A stretch of 30,262 bases of DNA from a virus (Duplodnaviria; Caudoviricetes), in the IMG/VR virus record IMGVR_UViG_3300008255_000350, positions 1-30,262 of that record; one strand, written 5' to 3'. The notes below the pieces were generated by a model that was not told the DNA's origin, made no database searches, and worked only from the letters and a program-made list of their open reading frames with translations. A program made the translations under genes and the position numbers. Shown here one piece after another: positions 16,140 to 25,151 of this stretch. Numbering within the stretch: the stretch's first letter is position 1; each line of letters opens with the position of its first letter.

Positions 16140-16819
16140 TACTGATATCTCCTCAATTTCTGATTGGCGATCTTGTTGAACTGAGCCTCAATAAACTGAG
16201 CTGTGCCGAACCGCTTGATCGCATCATCGTGGAAATTGCTATCCGGGATTTTCACCTCGTTGTGCTCAAGGTTACGGAGCATCATGAGTTTCTTGTTATT
16301 GTTCCGTCGCTCATAGATGCCGAATGCTGACCGGCCCTTGGGCTTCCCGATAAATTTCTTCCCCCATTCGCCAAAGTCTCCACGGGTAAGAGCATCCGAG
16401 GCATTCAGACGGTACGCTCTGCGGATAGATTTGTTCAGGTTTTTCCCGGTCCTGATATTTACCGTTGCAATCGGGACCGGCCCGCCTGATATGCTCCGTT
16501 TCGTGTGACCCTCCTGCATCCAGAGGTAAGGCGAGTATGTTCCGGTCCTGGAGAACATCTTGTTGATATTGTTACCCGTCGCTTTGTTGAGAGCCTGGTA
16601 CGGGCGCGCCCTGCCGGAAGTCATGGAGCGGATAGTAAACTGCGTGCGGACTATCAGGCGGCTTTTCACATTGCGTATCTGTAGCTTTGTCGAGGCGTCG
16701 GCTGTACGGTTCAGCGTCTCGGCCATCGCTTCCGGAAGCGCGGTCTTACTGATAAGGTCCAGCTGTAGCATCGCTGATCGAGTTTCTACAGTTACCGGAA
16801 AAGCTACGCTACCTTTCAT
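16139..16819 (-). CDS. Basic tail-completion/neck protein (lambda gpZ-like)
   Basis: AMAETLNRTA motif, basic; ATG 16819 overlaps the stop of the frameshifted chaperone frame. Confidence 0.55.
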   Translation of the reverse strand: MKGSVAFPVTVETRSAMLQLDLISKTALPEAMAETLNRTADASTKLQIRNVKSRLIVRTQFTIRSMTSGRARPYQALNKATGNNINKMFSRTGTYSPYLWMQEGHTKRSISGGPVPIATVNIRTGKNLNKSIRRAYRLNASDALTRGDFGEWGKKFIGKPKGRSAFGIYERRNNNKKLMMLRNLEHNEVKIPDSNFHDDAIKRFGTAQFIEAQFNKIANQKLRRYQ

Positions 16820-16977
16820 TCCCCTGCATCCCTTTTGTAGAGCCTGATAGCTCCTTCGTACCACGCCATAATCTCTGATAATCTCAAGCCGTTAATCTCC
16901 GACGGCTGCATCTTGAATCTGTCGGCGACCGTGAGGGAAACTTCCCAGAGGTCAGCCGCCGACATCAGGAGAAAAAA
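16816..16977 (-). CDS. -1 frameshift extension of the tail assembly chaperone (...FLLMSAADLWEVSLTVADRFKMQPSEINGLRLSEIMAWYEGAIRLYKRDAGE)
   Basis: Slippery G-GGT-TTT at 16980-16974; open -1 frame with PSEI..L.L.E...W pattern typical of gpE'/gpGT extensions. Confidence 0.8.
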   Translation of the reverse strand, partial: FFLLMSAADLWEVSLTVADRFKMQPSEINGLRLSEIMAWYEGAIRLYKRDAGE

Positions 16978-17339
16978 CCCAGTACCAGAGAGGCGAGAGT
17001 CATATCCCTCATTTTCATGCGGGAGAGAATCGCCTCCGGCTGCTTTGAGATTTGAGATAAGAGCTTTAGCGACATCATAAACTCATCTTTAACCCTGCTT
17101 GCGTTCTTCAGCTGATCGACTGTCGGCTCTGCAATGTCGAGGTGGATTATCTCTTCCCCGTTTTCAAGTTGGATCGGGACGTTCAGGATGATCGTAAATA
17201 GCTGGCTCCCAGGATCGTAGGTCAGTCTCTCTGACCCTATCGCCCGCGCTATCTTCTCCCTGTCCGGCCCGACCATTTCCGTGTCGAATGCTTTCAGCCA
17301 CTCATCAAGCAGTTGATATGCCTTCTCCTGACTTATCAT
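16965..17339 (-). CDS. Tail assembly chaperone
   Basis: After the tube gene; EPTVDQL motif; ends LGFFS over the slippery site. Confidence 0.85.
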   Translation of the reverse strand: MISQEKAYQLLDEWLKAFDTEMVGPDREKIARAIGSERLTYDPGSQLFTIILNVPIQLENGEEIIHLDIAEPTVDQLKNASRVKDEFMMSLKLLSQISKQPEAILSRMKMRDMTLASLVLGFFS

Positions 17340-17350
17340 ATCTGCCCCCC

Positions 17351-17734
17351 CTATATCTGTTCGAACTTCGGGCCGAGGGCGGTAATCTCTACCTGCCCGG
17401 TCCCGGCGTTTCCGTCAACAACATCCTGGATCGTCAGGTTCCCCCGGTAGGTCGCCCCGCTTGCCATGGTCATGTAGCAAGGTACTGCCACGCCTGAGTT
17501 GGCCGCGGTCTGAAGAAACTCAAGATCATTTTTATCGGGGTCCACCTGAAGCGGGAGAGTGTCGAACCCTCCGAGCTTCCGCCGCTGTATAGTATGATCG
17601 CCTCCGTTCCCTGTCGGGGTCGTTTCGTTCGTAAACCCGGCCAGACGGTAGACAACATCGGCCCCGGTTATCGTGGCGAAAAGTCTGTTGTTGATCGAGA
17701 CTTCAAGGAGGTCTCCACCTTTTACACTTGCCAT
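17351..17734 (-). CDS. Tail tube protein
   Basis: 127 aa, beta-rich, directly after the sheath gene. Confidence 0.82.
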   Translation of the reverse strand: MASVKGGDLLEVSINNRLFATITGADVVYRLAGFTNETTPTGNGGDHTIQRRKLGGFDTLPLQVDPDKNDLEFLQTAANSGVAVPCYMTMASGATYRGNLTIQDVVDGNAGTGQVEITALGPKFEQI

Positions 17735-17747
17735 CTATTCTACTCCC

Positions 17748-19226
17748 TTAGACCAGAAAGGCCCATTCAAGTTTGGCGGCGAGAATCCGTAGGCCCGCAG
17801 AGGGGACATCGGGAATCAAGAGGTCAATCCGGCCCGCATTCGATCCGTTGATCTCGGCTGTCATGGCATCGACAATGTTGTCCCGGTCTGTCGAGAGGCC
17901 ACGCTCTACCCAATCATCGACAAGCCCTATCCCACGAGCCTTGACCATGTTCGGCGTGACAGCGTAGGAGGGCACAACGCCTGATCCATTCGCAACCACG
18001 ACAGCGCGGTCAAACGGGGATGAGAGAAACGCCTGTTCGAGGGCGTAAATCTTAAACTGAAGGTTCGGAATGATGATGGTAAACCGCCAGTCGGTTGTGG
18101 CCGCTCCCGCTGCCGTGGTGGTGCGGGTGGTTACAAGGTCGCCGACCGTTACCGTTCCATCGGACTGATTGTAAGTGTGCGAGCCTCCGGCGACGACCGC
18201 CGCGTCCCTCTCGGTGTAGGATAGATCATTGGTTGATCCTTCGATCACGCTGGGGAGGGTGAGGTTCTTCATCGGGCGGCCGGGGGTCGCCTGCTGATAC
18301 CGTGCGAAGATCGCGGTCAGTGCTGCTGATATCATGTAGGCGGGGGGGGGCGAGCCGTGGACAGGGACAAAGGTAGTCCATTCCGAATTCCGGCTGTCGA
18401 GAGCCGTCAGATAATCGGCATACGTCCCGGTGTACCCGGTGAATCCTGCAAAGGGCCGTTTTACTCCGGGGTCTACCCGTGCGGCGCCTGCTGCCTCAAG
18501 GGCATCGAGGGGGGTGTCGGCATTGTAGGGAGAGGCGATTTCCGTGTACCAGGTGTCGCCCAGGTTACCGAGGGCGGTAGTCAATACCGGGTCGGTTGCG
18601 CCTGCTACGACATCGCCGATATCGGTGACGGTCGCGGCAAGTCCTGCCGGGGTTGATTCGGTATCTGCCCGGTTGATTTCAAGCTGAATCTGATTTCCTG
18701 CTTCTCCCTTCCATCTGACGGTGAAGGTCACGGTGCCGGTTACGTTCGCGGCGGTGACGGGGAGGTCGAGGTTTGCGTTGACGGCTGCTGCAACGGCTGC
18801 GCCTACCTCAGTAGCGGTATCATCGACAGCGACGGCAACGGGTACATTTACGCCTCCGACATAGACCGAAAGGGTTCCGGCTGCGGTCGCAGTGCCGGTC
18901 AGTGCAATTGTTCCCGTGGCTGCAACGGCTGCCCCATCATCAGCGAGCGGGAGCGCATAGACCGGGACGCCGCCTGAATTGTCTATGATCTTTTCGATCA
19001 TCGCGGCAAGCATGGACCCTCGGCCGTAGCGGTCCCAGGCGTCCGAGACGCTGAGTATCCTCTGGGCTACATTGACAGTCGGGCTCTTGCCTGAGTTGTA
19101 CTGGCCGGGAACAAGAATCTTGCGGGGGATAACGGCTGAACCCGTACCCCTTTTGACGGCTTCCTCTTCGACGAAAACGGCCGAGGCTGCTGCCGTCGGG
19201 GAAACCAGGTTAAAAGTAATAGCCAT
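17748..19226 (-). CDS. Contractile tail sheath, Mu gpL-like
   Basis: YGRGSMLAAM, AATGTIALTGTATAAGTL, WKGEAGN, C-terminal RIDLLIP...GLRILA. Confidence 0.93.
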   Translation of the reverse strand: MAITFNLVSPTAAASAVFVEEEAVKRGTGSAVIPRKILVPGQYNSGKSPTVNVAQRILSVSDAWDRYGRGSMLAAMIEKIIDNSGGVPVYALPLADDGAAVAATGTIALTGTATAAGTLSVYVGGVNVPVAVAVDDTATEVGAAVAAAVNANLDLPVTAANVTGTVTFTVRWKGEAGNQIQLEINRADTESTPAGLAATVTDIGDVVAGATDPVLTTALGNLGDTWYTEIASPYNADTPLDALEAAGAARVDPGVKRPFAGFTGYTGTYADYLTALDSRNSEWTTFVPVHGSPPPAYMISAALTAIFARYQQATPGRPMKNLTLPSVIEGSTNDLSYTERDAAVVAGGSHTYNQSDGTVTVGDLVTTRTTTAAGAATTDWRFTIIIPNLQFKIYALEQAFLSSPFDRAVVVANGSGVVPSYAVTPNMVKARGIGLVDDWVERGLSTDRDNIVDAMTAEINGSNAGRIDLLIPDVPSAGLRILAAKLEWAFLV

Positions 19227-19237
19227 CTGCTATCCTC

Positions 19238-19801
19238 CTATGGTGATATGAGCGCCGACCACTTATCGGCCGTGACGCTTATCGAGTCGATATCAGTACC
19301 GGTCACGGGAGTCGGTTCCCATTGGGTGCTGATCGTTATAACCATGCGAGCGGCGGCGAAACCGCGCTCTCCAATTTCTTCAGGCAGGAGCGGTGTTATG
19401 GAGTCGAGCCGCTTCTCTGCGATTGTTCCGGCTGCCATGCCGAGGCGGTAGTTGCCGGATGGGAAAAGAGCCTCAATCAGTTGACCGTATAGGTAGCGAA
19501 TTCTCGCACCGGCTGCTTCATTGGCATTGGTAAAGGCTGCGCCGTCTTTCTCTCCCCGGGCCTTGACGATCATGTCGAGGTTGTAGGGGACAGAGAGTTT
19601 CATGTTGCCGTGAACGGTTTGTTCCATGGCCGAGACCGTGCCCATGTGAAGCATGACGATGACAGCGGATGAGTCAGCCGGTAGGTCGCGGAATCGATCG
19701 GCGAGAACCGTGAAGCCGTAGGGTGAGACCTGGGCGGCTGCGTAGGTTTCAAGCGTCGATTTGAGGGCATCGAACACAAGGTCAAAATCTGCCTTACTCA
19801 T
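19238..19801 (-). CDS. Probable tail terminator/neck protein
   Basis: Position immediately before the sheath; size 187 aa. Confidence 0.6.
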   Translation of the reverse strand: MSKADFDLVFDALKSTLETYAAAQVSPYGFTVLADRFRDLPADSSAVIVMLHMGTVSAMEQTVHGNMKLSVPYNLDMIVKARGEKDGAAFTNANEAAGARIRYLYGQLIEALFPSGNYRLGMAAGTIAEKRLDSITPLLPEEIGERGFAAARMVITISTQWEPTPVTGTDIDSISVTADKWSALISP

Positions 19802-20147
19802 CGACTACCTCGTCGAACACTTCAACGTCGAAAGTGACAAAGCTCATTGTCCGGTCAAACTTCGGCGACATTACGCGCCCGGTGATTGCCGTCCCTTCGC
19901 TGTCGGTCGTTTCTACGGTCCATTGCTCAGTCGGGGATGAGGCGGGCAGTTCTGCAATTGGGACAACGACGGTCGTTCTCGGTTCGTAAATCTTCGCCCC
20001 GGTGTCAGGGTCGATGGTGAGATCGTTCCGATAGATGCGGCCGGTAAGCGCATACTCTACCGAGCTGGGACTGATGAGAGTTACCGCGTCCCCGTCGGCT
20101 ATGAGATTTGCTTTAACGTCCGCTACCGCCTGCGCCCGGATGCTCAT
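19794..20147 (-). CDS. Head-tail joining protein (gpFII-like)
   Basis: 117 aa beta-rich, IDPDTG motif; synteny. Confidence 0.6.
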   Translation of the reverse strand: MSIRAQAVADVKANLIADGDAVTLISPSSVEYALTGRIYRNDLTIDPDTGAKIYEPRTTVVVPIAELPASSPTEQWTVETTDSEGTAITGRVMSPKFDRTMSFVTFDVEVFDEVVDE

Positions 20148-20281
20148 TTTTTAGGCTCTTCCTTTTTCGTCTCGGTTTCCCGGACCGGCATCAGGCCGAG
20201 GGCCTTTGCCTTTTCGTCGGGGATAAAACCTTCGAACTTCTCCCTTCCGACATGGATGGTTACGCCCTTTGCGAGTTTCAT
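20144..20281 (-). CDS. 45-aa hypothetical protein (MKLAKGVTIHVGREKFEGFIPDEKAKALGLMPVRETETKKEEPKK)
   Basis: Read manually; ATGA-coupled on both sides, exactly filling the gap. Confidence 0.75.
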   Translation of the reverse strand: MKLAKGVTIHVGREKFEGFIPDEKAKALGLMPVRETETKKEEPKK

Positions 20282-21054
20282 GCGCTGGCCTTTTTCTGAG
20301 CTTTCGGCTTCTCGGCTTCGACCTTGGGAGCCTCGGCCTTTTTCTCTTTGACGATCTCGACCTTTCCCTTGGCCTGCATCTTGTGCGCTATCTCAGCGTC
20401 CATCTGCGCAAGTCGGCCGTCTTTATACTTGACCTGTACCTTCATGTATTCGTCTCCTGTTACGAAAGGCGGCTTTCCCGCCCATTTCTCCCAAACCTTC
20501 AAATACTCATCATCGAAAATGTGCGGCCTTCCGGCTGCATACTTCCGGGAATATTCAAGGGCTGAGAGATTGCTATTGATAAACCAGAGGTGATCAAAAC
20601 CGATGAAGCGGATATTCTCATCGCCGTAGGTCTTTACGATGTTGCGCCACCGGTCTATCCAGTTATGCTTGAGCTGTTTCTCAAGCCCCGGGGAATGGAT
20701 GTCCGGCCCTCCGAGGTCAAAACCGCACAGTGCTATTGCGCGTCCCTCATGGAGAGCCTGAGCAACCAGAGTTGTCCCTGAGTCCTTACGGAACCCGGGA
20801 GGGCAGGTAAAGGCTTTCTCAGTTGCAGAGCCTCCACCTATGTGCCCGCCCCAAATTTCATAGGATAGACCCTGATCGTCTCGGTATTGCCTTGCTTCGA
20901 TCATGACATCATCGTGGCCGCAAAGCCTCGTGAGTTTATCGCCATGATCAAGATAGGCGCGGTTGCATCCCCACACCTCGCCCGGCCAATCTCTTATGAG
21001 ATCGACGTAGGCGAGGCGGGAAATCCCGTTACCGAGTATCAGGGTCTCGGTCAT
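20278..21054 (-). CDS. Sialyltransferase (GT42/GT29)/Maf/MptE-like protein with Lys-rich C-terminal module
   Basis: LILGNGISR...VWGCNRAY...DSGTTLVAQALHEG..IALCGFDL parallels CstII motifs IAGNGPSL...FRCNQFY...TSGVY..A...G..EIYLSGIDF. Confidence 0.62.
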   Translation of the reverse strand: MTETLILGNGISRLAYVDLIRDWPGEVWGCNRAYLDHGDKLTRLCGHDDVMIEARQYRDDQGLSYEIWGGHIGGGSATEKAFTCPPGFRKDSGTTLVAQALHEGRAIALCGFDLGGPDIHSPGLEKQLKHNWIDRWRNIVKTYGDENIRFIGFDHLWFINSNLSALEYSRKYAAGRPHIFDDEYLKVWEKWAGKPPFVTGDEYMKVQVKYKDGRLAQMDAEIAHKMQAKGKVEIVKEKKAEAPKVEAEKPKAQKKASA

Positions 21055-21950
21055 CAGCTGTTGACCGTCTTTACAGCGAGGTGGGGCAGGCCGTAGCCGC
21101 CGTTACCGCGATAGTCAGCGCCGAATACCCACTCTTTCGAATGGTTGGTTTTCTCCATCGTGGGCTCTGCGGCTTTGCGGAGCTGGAACACGAGGGGCTT
21201 GATCGGCTCATTGGCGGCCAGCAGGTACCAGTCGTTCGCGTCGTCAGCGTCAAGCTTCGGCGAGGCAACGACCTGGATGTCGCTGTAGGGGTTGTACACT
21301 CCCTGGATGGACGCCGAGGCGTCAAACTGAGACTGCACCAGACGCCGGAACTGGCGCTCAAGAGCTTTGGGACAGACGATCATGCTGCCGTTTATATTCA
21401 ACGGTTCGCCCTGATCGTCGGCAAACTTTGCCATGGCAACCAGCGCGCTGTTGAGATCGGTCTCCAGCTGCGCGAGGGTAGTGCCGGTACCGGCAAGCAG
21501 GTTGTCGATGGTGCGCGGTGCTGACACATCCGAGAAGAACGCAACGCCGTCATAGGCGAGAGCAGAATCCCCGTTGATCAAGAGGTTTATCATGAGAATC
21601 TGCGGGTGCATCATGATCCGCTGTGCGAGCTGCTGCGGGAACATCTGGAGAGCGCCGGTCTGGTCATCATCGAGATCGTTCTCGTTTATGGGGACAGCGG
21701 TCTGCCAGTCAAGGTTCTTGATCGTATAATCGTAGTCCTTGAACTGCGTCGCGTTGCGGGTGCCGAGCCACTGCTGGACAGCGGGCATTGCGCCTACCCA
21801 TCCGAGCTTCTCATAAGCTCCGGTAGATTGGATCGGCATTGCGGCGCCGAGGATTCCGGGGGCCTGATCGCGGGCCGCTTGGAATCTCATCATTTCCTGA
21901 GCGAATCGGGCGTACAGCCCTTTTTCCAGTACAGTCGGGTTAAAAGCCAT
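21054..21950 (-). CDS. Major capsid protein, Mu gpT-like
   Basis: LGWVGAMPAVQQWLGTR, YTIKNLDW, DLDDDQTG, YDGVAFF, WYLL...IKPLVFQLRK, FGADYRGNGGYGLPHLA. Confidence 0.92.
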   Translation of the reverse strand: MAFNPTVLEKGLYARFAQEMMRFQAARDQAPGILGAAMPIQSTGAYEKLGWVGAMPAVQQWLGTRNATQFKDYDYTIKNLDWQTAVPINENDLDDDQTGALQMFPQQLAQRIMMHPQILMINLLINGDSALAYDGVAFFSDVSAPRTIDNLLAGTGTTLAQLETDLNSALVAMAKFADDQGEPLNINGSMIVCPKALERQFRRLVQSQFDASASIQGVYNPYSDIQVVASPKLDADDANDWYLLAANEPIKPLVFQLRKAAEPTMEKTNHSKEWVFGADYRGNGGYGLPHLAVKTVNS

Positions 21951-21962
21951 TATATCGCCTCC

Positions 21963-22394
21963 TTACGCGATCCGGTCGTAGAACCGGAGATCGAAGAGCA
22001 GGTACCCGGTCTTGAATCCGATCGCGCGGATACCGACGGTCTTACTGCCTGCGGTCTGAGTGAGGGTGTCGTCGGCGGAGATGTAGAAAATCTCGCCTAC
22101 GTCGGACTGAGCGGCTCCGGTAAAAGGGAGCCAGACAAGGCCGCGCTTGAATACACCCTTTACGGTGTTTGAGGCGCCGATGGTCTTGGCGTCTACCCTG
22201 TCGCCGTCGTCATAAACTCCAGTCAGGATACCTGCGGGGATCAGGTCTGCGGTGTCCGAGGGGACAGCTGCTTTTCCGTCGGCGTCTACGATGAGAAGCG
22301 CCCCGGCGTAGTAGATGTCGGAGTCTGCGAGAAGCAGATCAATCTCGTCCTGATCGCGCCTGAAGGTCAGTTCCCTCTTGTCGGTAAGTGCCAT
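21963..22394 (-). CDS. Head decoration / capsid cement protein
   Basis: MALTDKR...IYYAGAL...QSDVGEIFYISADDTL; between protease and capsid genes. Confidence 0.78.
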   Translation of the reverse strand: MALTDKRELTFRRDQDEIDLLLADSDIYYAGALLIVDADGKAAVPSDTADLIPAGILTGVYDDGDRVDAKTIGASNTVKGVFKRGLVWLPFTGAAQSDVGEIFYISADDTLTQTAGSKTVGIRAIGFKTGYLLFDLRFYDRIA

Positions 22395-22397
22395 AAC

Positions 22398-23681
22398 TTA
22401 CGCCTCCTTCCGCATGAATCTGCGGTATTCTTCAAGGCTCATCCCGGCAATCTTCGCCGCCTGGATGTCCTCGGCACTGAGATTGTCAAGGCTTTCGGCA
22501 GTCTCGACATCCGGGGGATTTTCCCCTGAAAGTTTTCCGTCGCGGATCGCCACCATGATCTGAGTGTTGATCTCGGGAACGGTCTTTCCGTCAGCCTTCG
22601 CCTTAGCGATTACTTCGGCGAGCTTGGGGTTTTTCGGGTCGGCTTCGAGCTGCTCATCGAGTGCCCGCTGGCGTTCCCGTTCCTTCTTGACGCCGATCTC
22701 CACCGCCGAGGCGAACACGTCGGCGTGTTCTGTTTCGAGTGCTTTGATATCCATTGCACCCTCCTTGATTGATTCCGCCTTGGCGGCGGGTCCCTCACTG
22801 GCAACGCCAGCACTATCTTCTACCGGGTCGATAACATCTCTCCGGTGATAGGTCTTTACTTCGTCGATCATCCCGGCTGTGAGAGCCTGCTCTGCGAGTA
22901 GGACAGCTCCCCGGCCATAATCTTTGTTGACTGTTTCGACTGACACACCCCTGCCCTCTGCTACGCTGGATGCAAAGAGATTGTGCAGGTCGTCGAGAGT
23001 TGAAACGAGCTTCACCTGGTCGTTTTCGTTCGAGAGGTCGAGTCGCTTGTCGGGGGCATCGGTCGAGGTGAATACCCTCCGGGTTATTCCGGCATTCTCA
23101 AGCATCTTTGTATCGTCGTAACTCTCAACGGCAACGCCGATTGAACCGATACGGGCGCCGATGGAATTGGCTACGATCTTGTCGGTCTGCGATGCAAGCC
23201 AATAGGCGGCGGACGCTGCCATGCCGTACACGTTCGAGCTTGTCGGCTTCCAGATCATCCTGATCGCGTTCGCTGCTTCGGCTACTCCGTCCACATACCC
23301 GCCGGGGGAGTCGATATCGAATACGACAGCGCCGACTTCTTCGTCAGCGTCTGCAGACTGAGCTGCTGCGATGATAAAGCCGTACTCAGTCAGGGCTTCG
23401 GCGGTGTAGGCCCCGCATACATCGGTCGATGCGCGGGGGGTAAGTTCCCCGACAATAGGGATATGAGCGTTACCGTCTGCGTCGATGGTATAGGACTTCT
23501 TCGCCTCATCAGGATTTCGCGGGGTTATGTTTATCGCGGAAACTTGCGCCATGAAGTCTTCCCGCGCCTGCCGCATTTCCTCAGCGTTCTTAAAGGTCCG
23601 GGCAAGCGCCCATATCTCCCGGCGGTCATCAAGAAGCTTGGAGAGAAATCCCTGTTCCATTGCGTATATTTTTGTATTCAT
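22398..23681 (-). CDS. S49 prohead protease with C-terminal scaffold (lambda gpC/Nu3-like)
   Basis: DIDSPGG, MAASAAYWLAS, IGSIGV; internal AAGGAGG + ATG at 22754. Confidence 0.92.
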   Translation of the reverse strand: MNTKIYAMEQGFLSKLLDDRREIWALARTFKNAEEMRQAREDFMAQVSAINITPRNPDEAKKSYTIDADGNAHIPIVGELTPRASTDVCGAYTAEALTEYGFIIAAAQSADADEEVGAVVFDIDSPGGYVDGVAEAANAIRMIWKPTSSNVYGMAASAAYWLASQTDKIVANSIGARIGSIGVAVESYDDTKMLENAGITRRVFTSTDAPDKRLDLSNENDQVKLVSTLDDLHNLFASSVAEGRGVSVETVNKDYGRGAVLLAEQALTAGMIDEVKTYHRRDVIDPVEDSAGVASEGPAAKAESIKEGAMDIKALETEHADVFASAVEIGVKKERERQRALDEQLEADPKNPKLAEVIAKAKADGKTVPEINTQIMVAIRDGKLSGENPPDVETAESLDNLSAEDIQAAKIAGMSLEEYRRFMRKEA

Positions 23682-23908
23682 CAGCTCTTCCTCAGTTTTT
23701 CTACAACGCCGATACCGAGGAGGCCCCCGGATGTCATGCCGATACCACCGAGAATCCCCGCGACATTCACGCCGAGGTCATTGCCGGTGTAGACCGAGAA
23801 AACCGAGAGACCGATTCCGGTCAGGATGTAGAGAGAGAATCCCACCGCGCCGAAAATTCGCTTCCCAGATGTGTTGCCGTCTGAATCCTGGTACCATTTA
23901 TTCGCCAT
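23681..23908 (-). CDS. Two-TM membrane protein, candidate holin
   Basis: SGKR then two hydrophobic helices and a basic C-terminus (EKLRKS); close to the endolysin. Confidence 0.65.
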   Translation of the reverse strand: MANKWYQDSDGNTSGKRIFGAVGFSLYILTGIGLSVFSVYTGNDLGVNVAGILGGIGMTSGGLLGIGVVEKLRKS

Positions 23909-23910
23909 GT

Positions 23911-24714
23911 TTAATCCTCCACCACGTGACCGCGTATGACATTCCAGAACCGGGTGAGACCTGTGAGATTTGCCGCGATTACCATTTGGAATTCGTGCAC
24001 CTCGGAACCGCCGATTCTTACCGATACGCCGTCACCATTTTGACTATTGAAATTGCGCTTCGCGTTGAAGCCGTACACTCCCGCCGGAGCCTTGTCTGAA
24101 TACATCGCCCAATCGCAATGACGTATGTAGCATCCGTTATCTACTGCGGTGAATATGTTGTTGCACCTTTCGTTTACTACCCGGTAAATAACTCCTTCAA
24201 TGGGAGCTGCAAGTCCGCCGAACTTTCCGTCATCCATCGCTGTATCATCGAGCATGTTTACCGATAGAATATTGATGTCCCAATGGACCCCAGGAGGTGG
24301 CGCCATTGAGAAAACTACCGGAGTTACCGATCCGTCGATATTGCCATCATGAGAAACGCGCTTTACAGTGGCATCTGTCTGGAATGCAAAGCAGAGCGGA
24401 TTGACGATGGTGATTGTGTTGACGTTTACTGACAGTACTCTTGACTGATACTGCCGTGTGTCGCCGTCGTCTATTTCGATCATTTCGCCAGCCGTAAATC
24501 CGTGGCCCGGCTCCAGCTCTATTGTCCTGTCGTCAAACTCAAGAGGGGCCGCGAGGGTTGCTGTGCCGAGCTTGTGTGTCAAGAATCGGTCCACAATATC
24601 GGTGTACTGATCCTGAAGATACACGTCGTTAATCTGCCGACCATTTGCGCCGACTACCGCCTCAACATTCTTTGTTCGGGCTTCGTTGATAAAAGGGGTT
24701 CCGCCGTAATCCAT
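23911..24714 (-). CDS. Hypothetical beta-rich protein, possibly structural
   Basis: 267 aa; TIELEPGHGFTAGEMIEI segment; translationally coupled to its neighbours. Confidence 0.65.
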   Translation of the reverse strand: MDYGGTPFINEARTKNVEAVVGANGRQINDVYLQDQYTDIVDRFLTHKLGTATLAAPLEFDDRTIELEPGHGFTAGEMIEIDDGDTRQYQSRVLSVNVNTITIVNPLCFAFQTDATVKRVSHDGNIDGSVTPVVFSMAPPPGVHWDINILSVNMLDDTAMDDGKFGGLAAPIEGVIYRVVNERCNNIFTAVDNGCYIRHCDWAMYSDKAPAGVYGFNAKRNFNSQNGDGVSVRIGGSEVHEFQMVIAANLTGLTRFWNVIRGHVVED

Positions 24715-25151
24715 CAGCGTACCGCCTCAAGATGTGGATAATCCGGGGGCTGCCAATCTGCGCCGCAACTGAATCCAACAGAGCGGGCAATGTCCAGAGC
24801 CCTGAGCCATTCTGGTCCGCCAAAGTCCCAATTGAGACGACCGTCATTTACGACTGCGATATCAAGGGCTCTGCCTGAAAGGTGATTAGAATTGAGTGTT
24901 CGGGTTACTTTCCGCTTGCATTCGCCATCGGTGAATCTCCATGCGTATTTAGCGCCGAGGTCCTGGAGGAGCTGTATGTTTTTTGCATCGGTCGGAATTC
25001 TTCCACGGAGGAAATAGACCACCTGCGCCTCAAGGTCTCGTTTCGTTTCGGTGACAGCGATATTCAAGCCTTCGACATGGCAACGGTTGAGAAACTGCTC
25101 TGCCATCTTCCGGGCTTCCGGGGTCAGACTCTCGAGGTCACGGTGAAGCAT
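24714..25151 (-). CDS. M15 family peptidase (L-Ala-D-Glu type endolysin)
   Basis: ETKR...Q, SNHLSGRALDI (SxHxxGxAxD), GADW..PDYPHLE. Confidence 0.9.
   Translation of the reverse strand: MLHRDLESLTPEARKMAEQFLNRCHVEGLNIAVTETKRDLEAQVVYFLRGRIPTDAKNIQLLQDLGAKYAWRFTDGECKRKVTRTLNSNHLSGRALDIAVVNDGRLNWDFGGPEWLRALDIARSVGFSCGADWQPPDYPHLEAVR

Noticed and set aside
18342-18350. G9 run in the sheath gene as a phase-variation tract
   Set aside because: Frame is intact (SPPPA) in an essential structural gene; nothing else supports switching.
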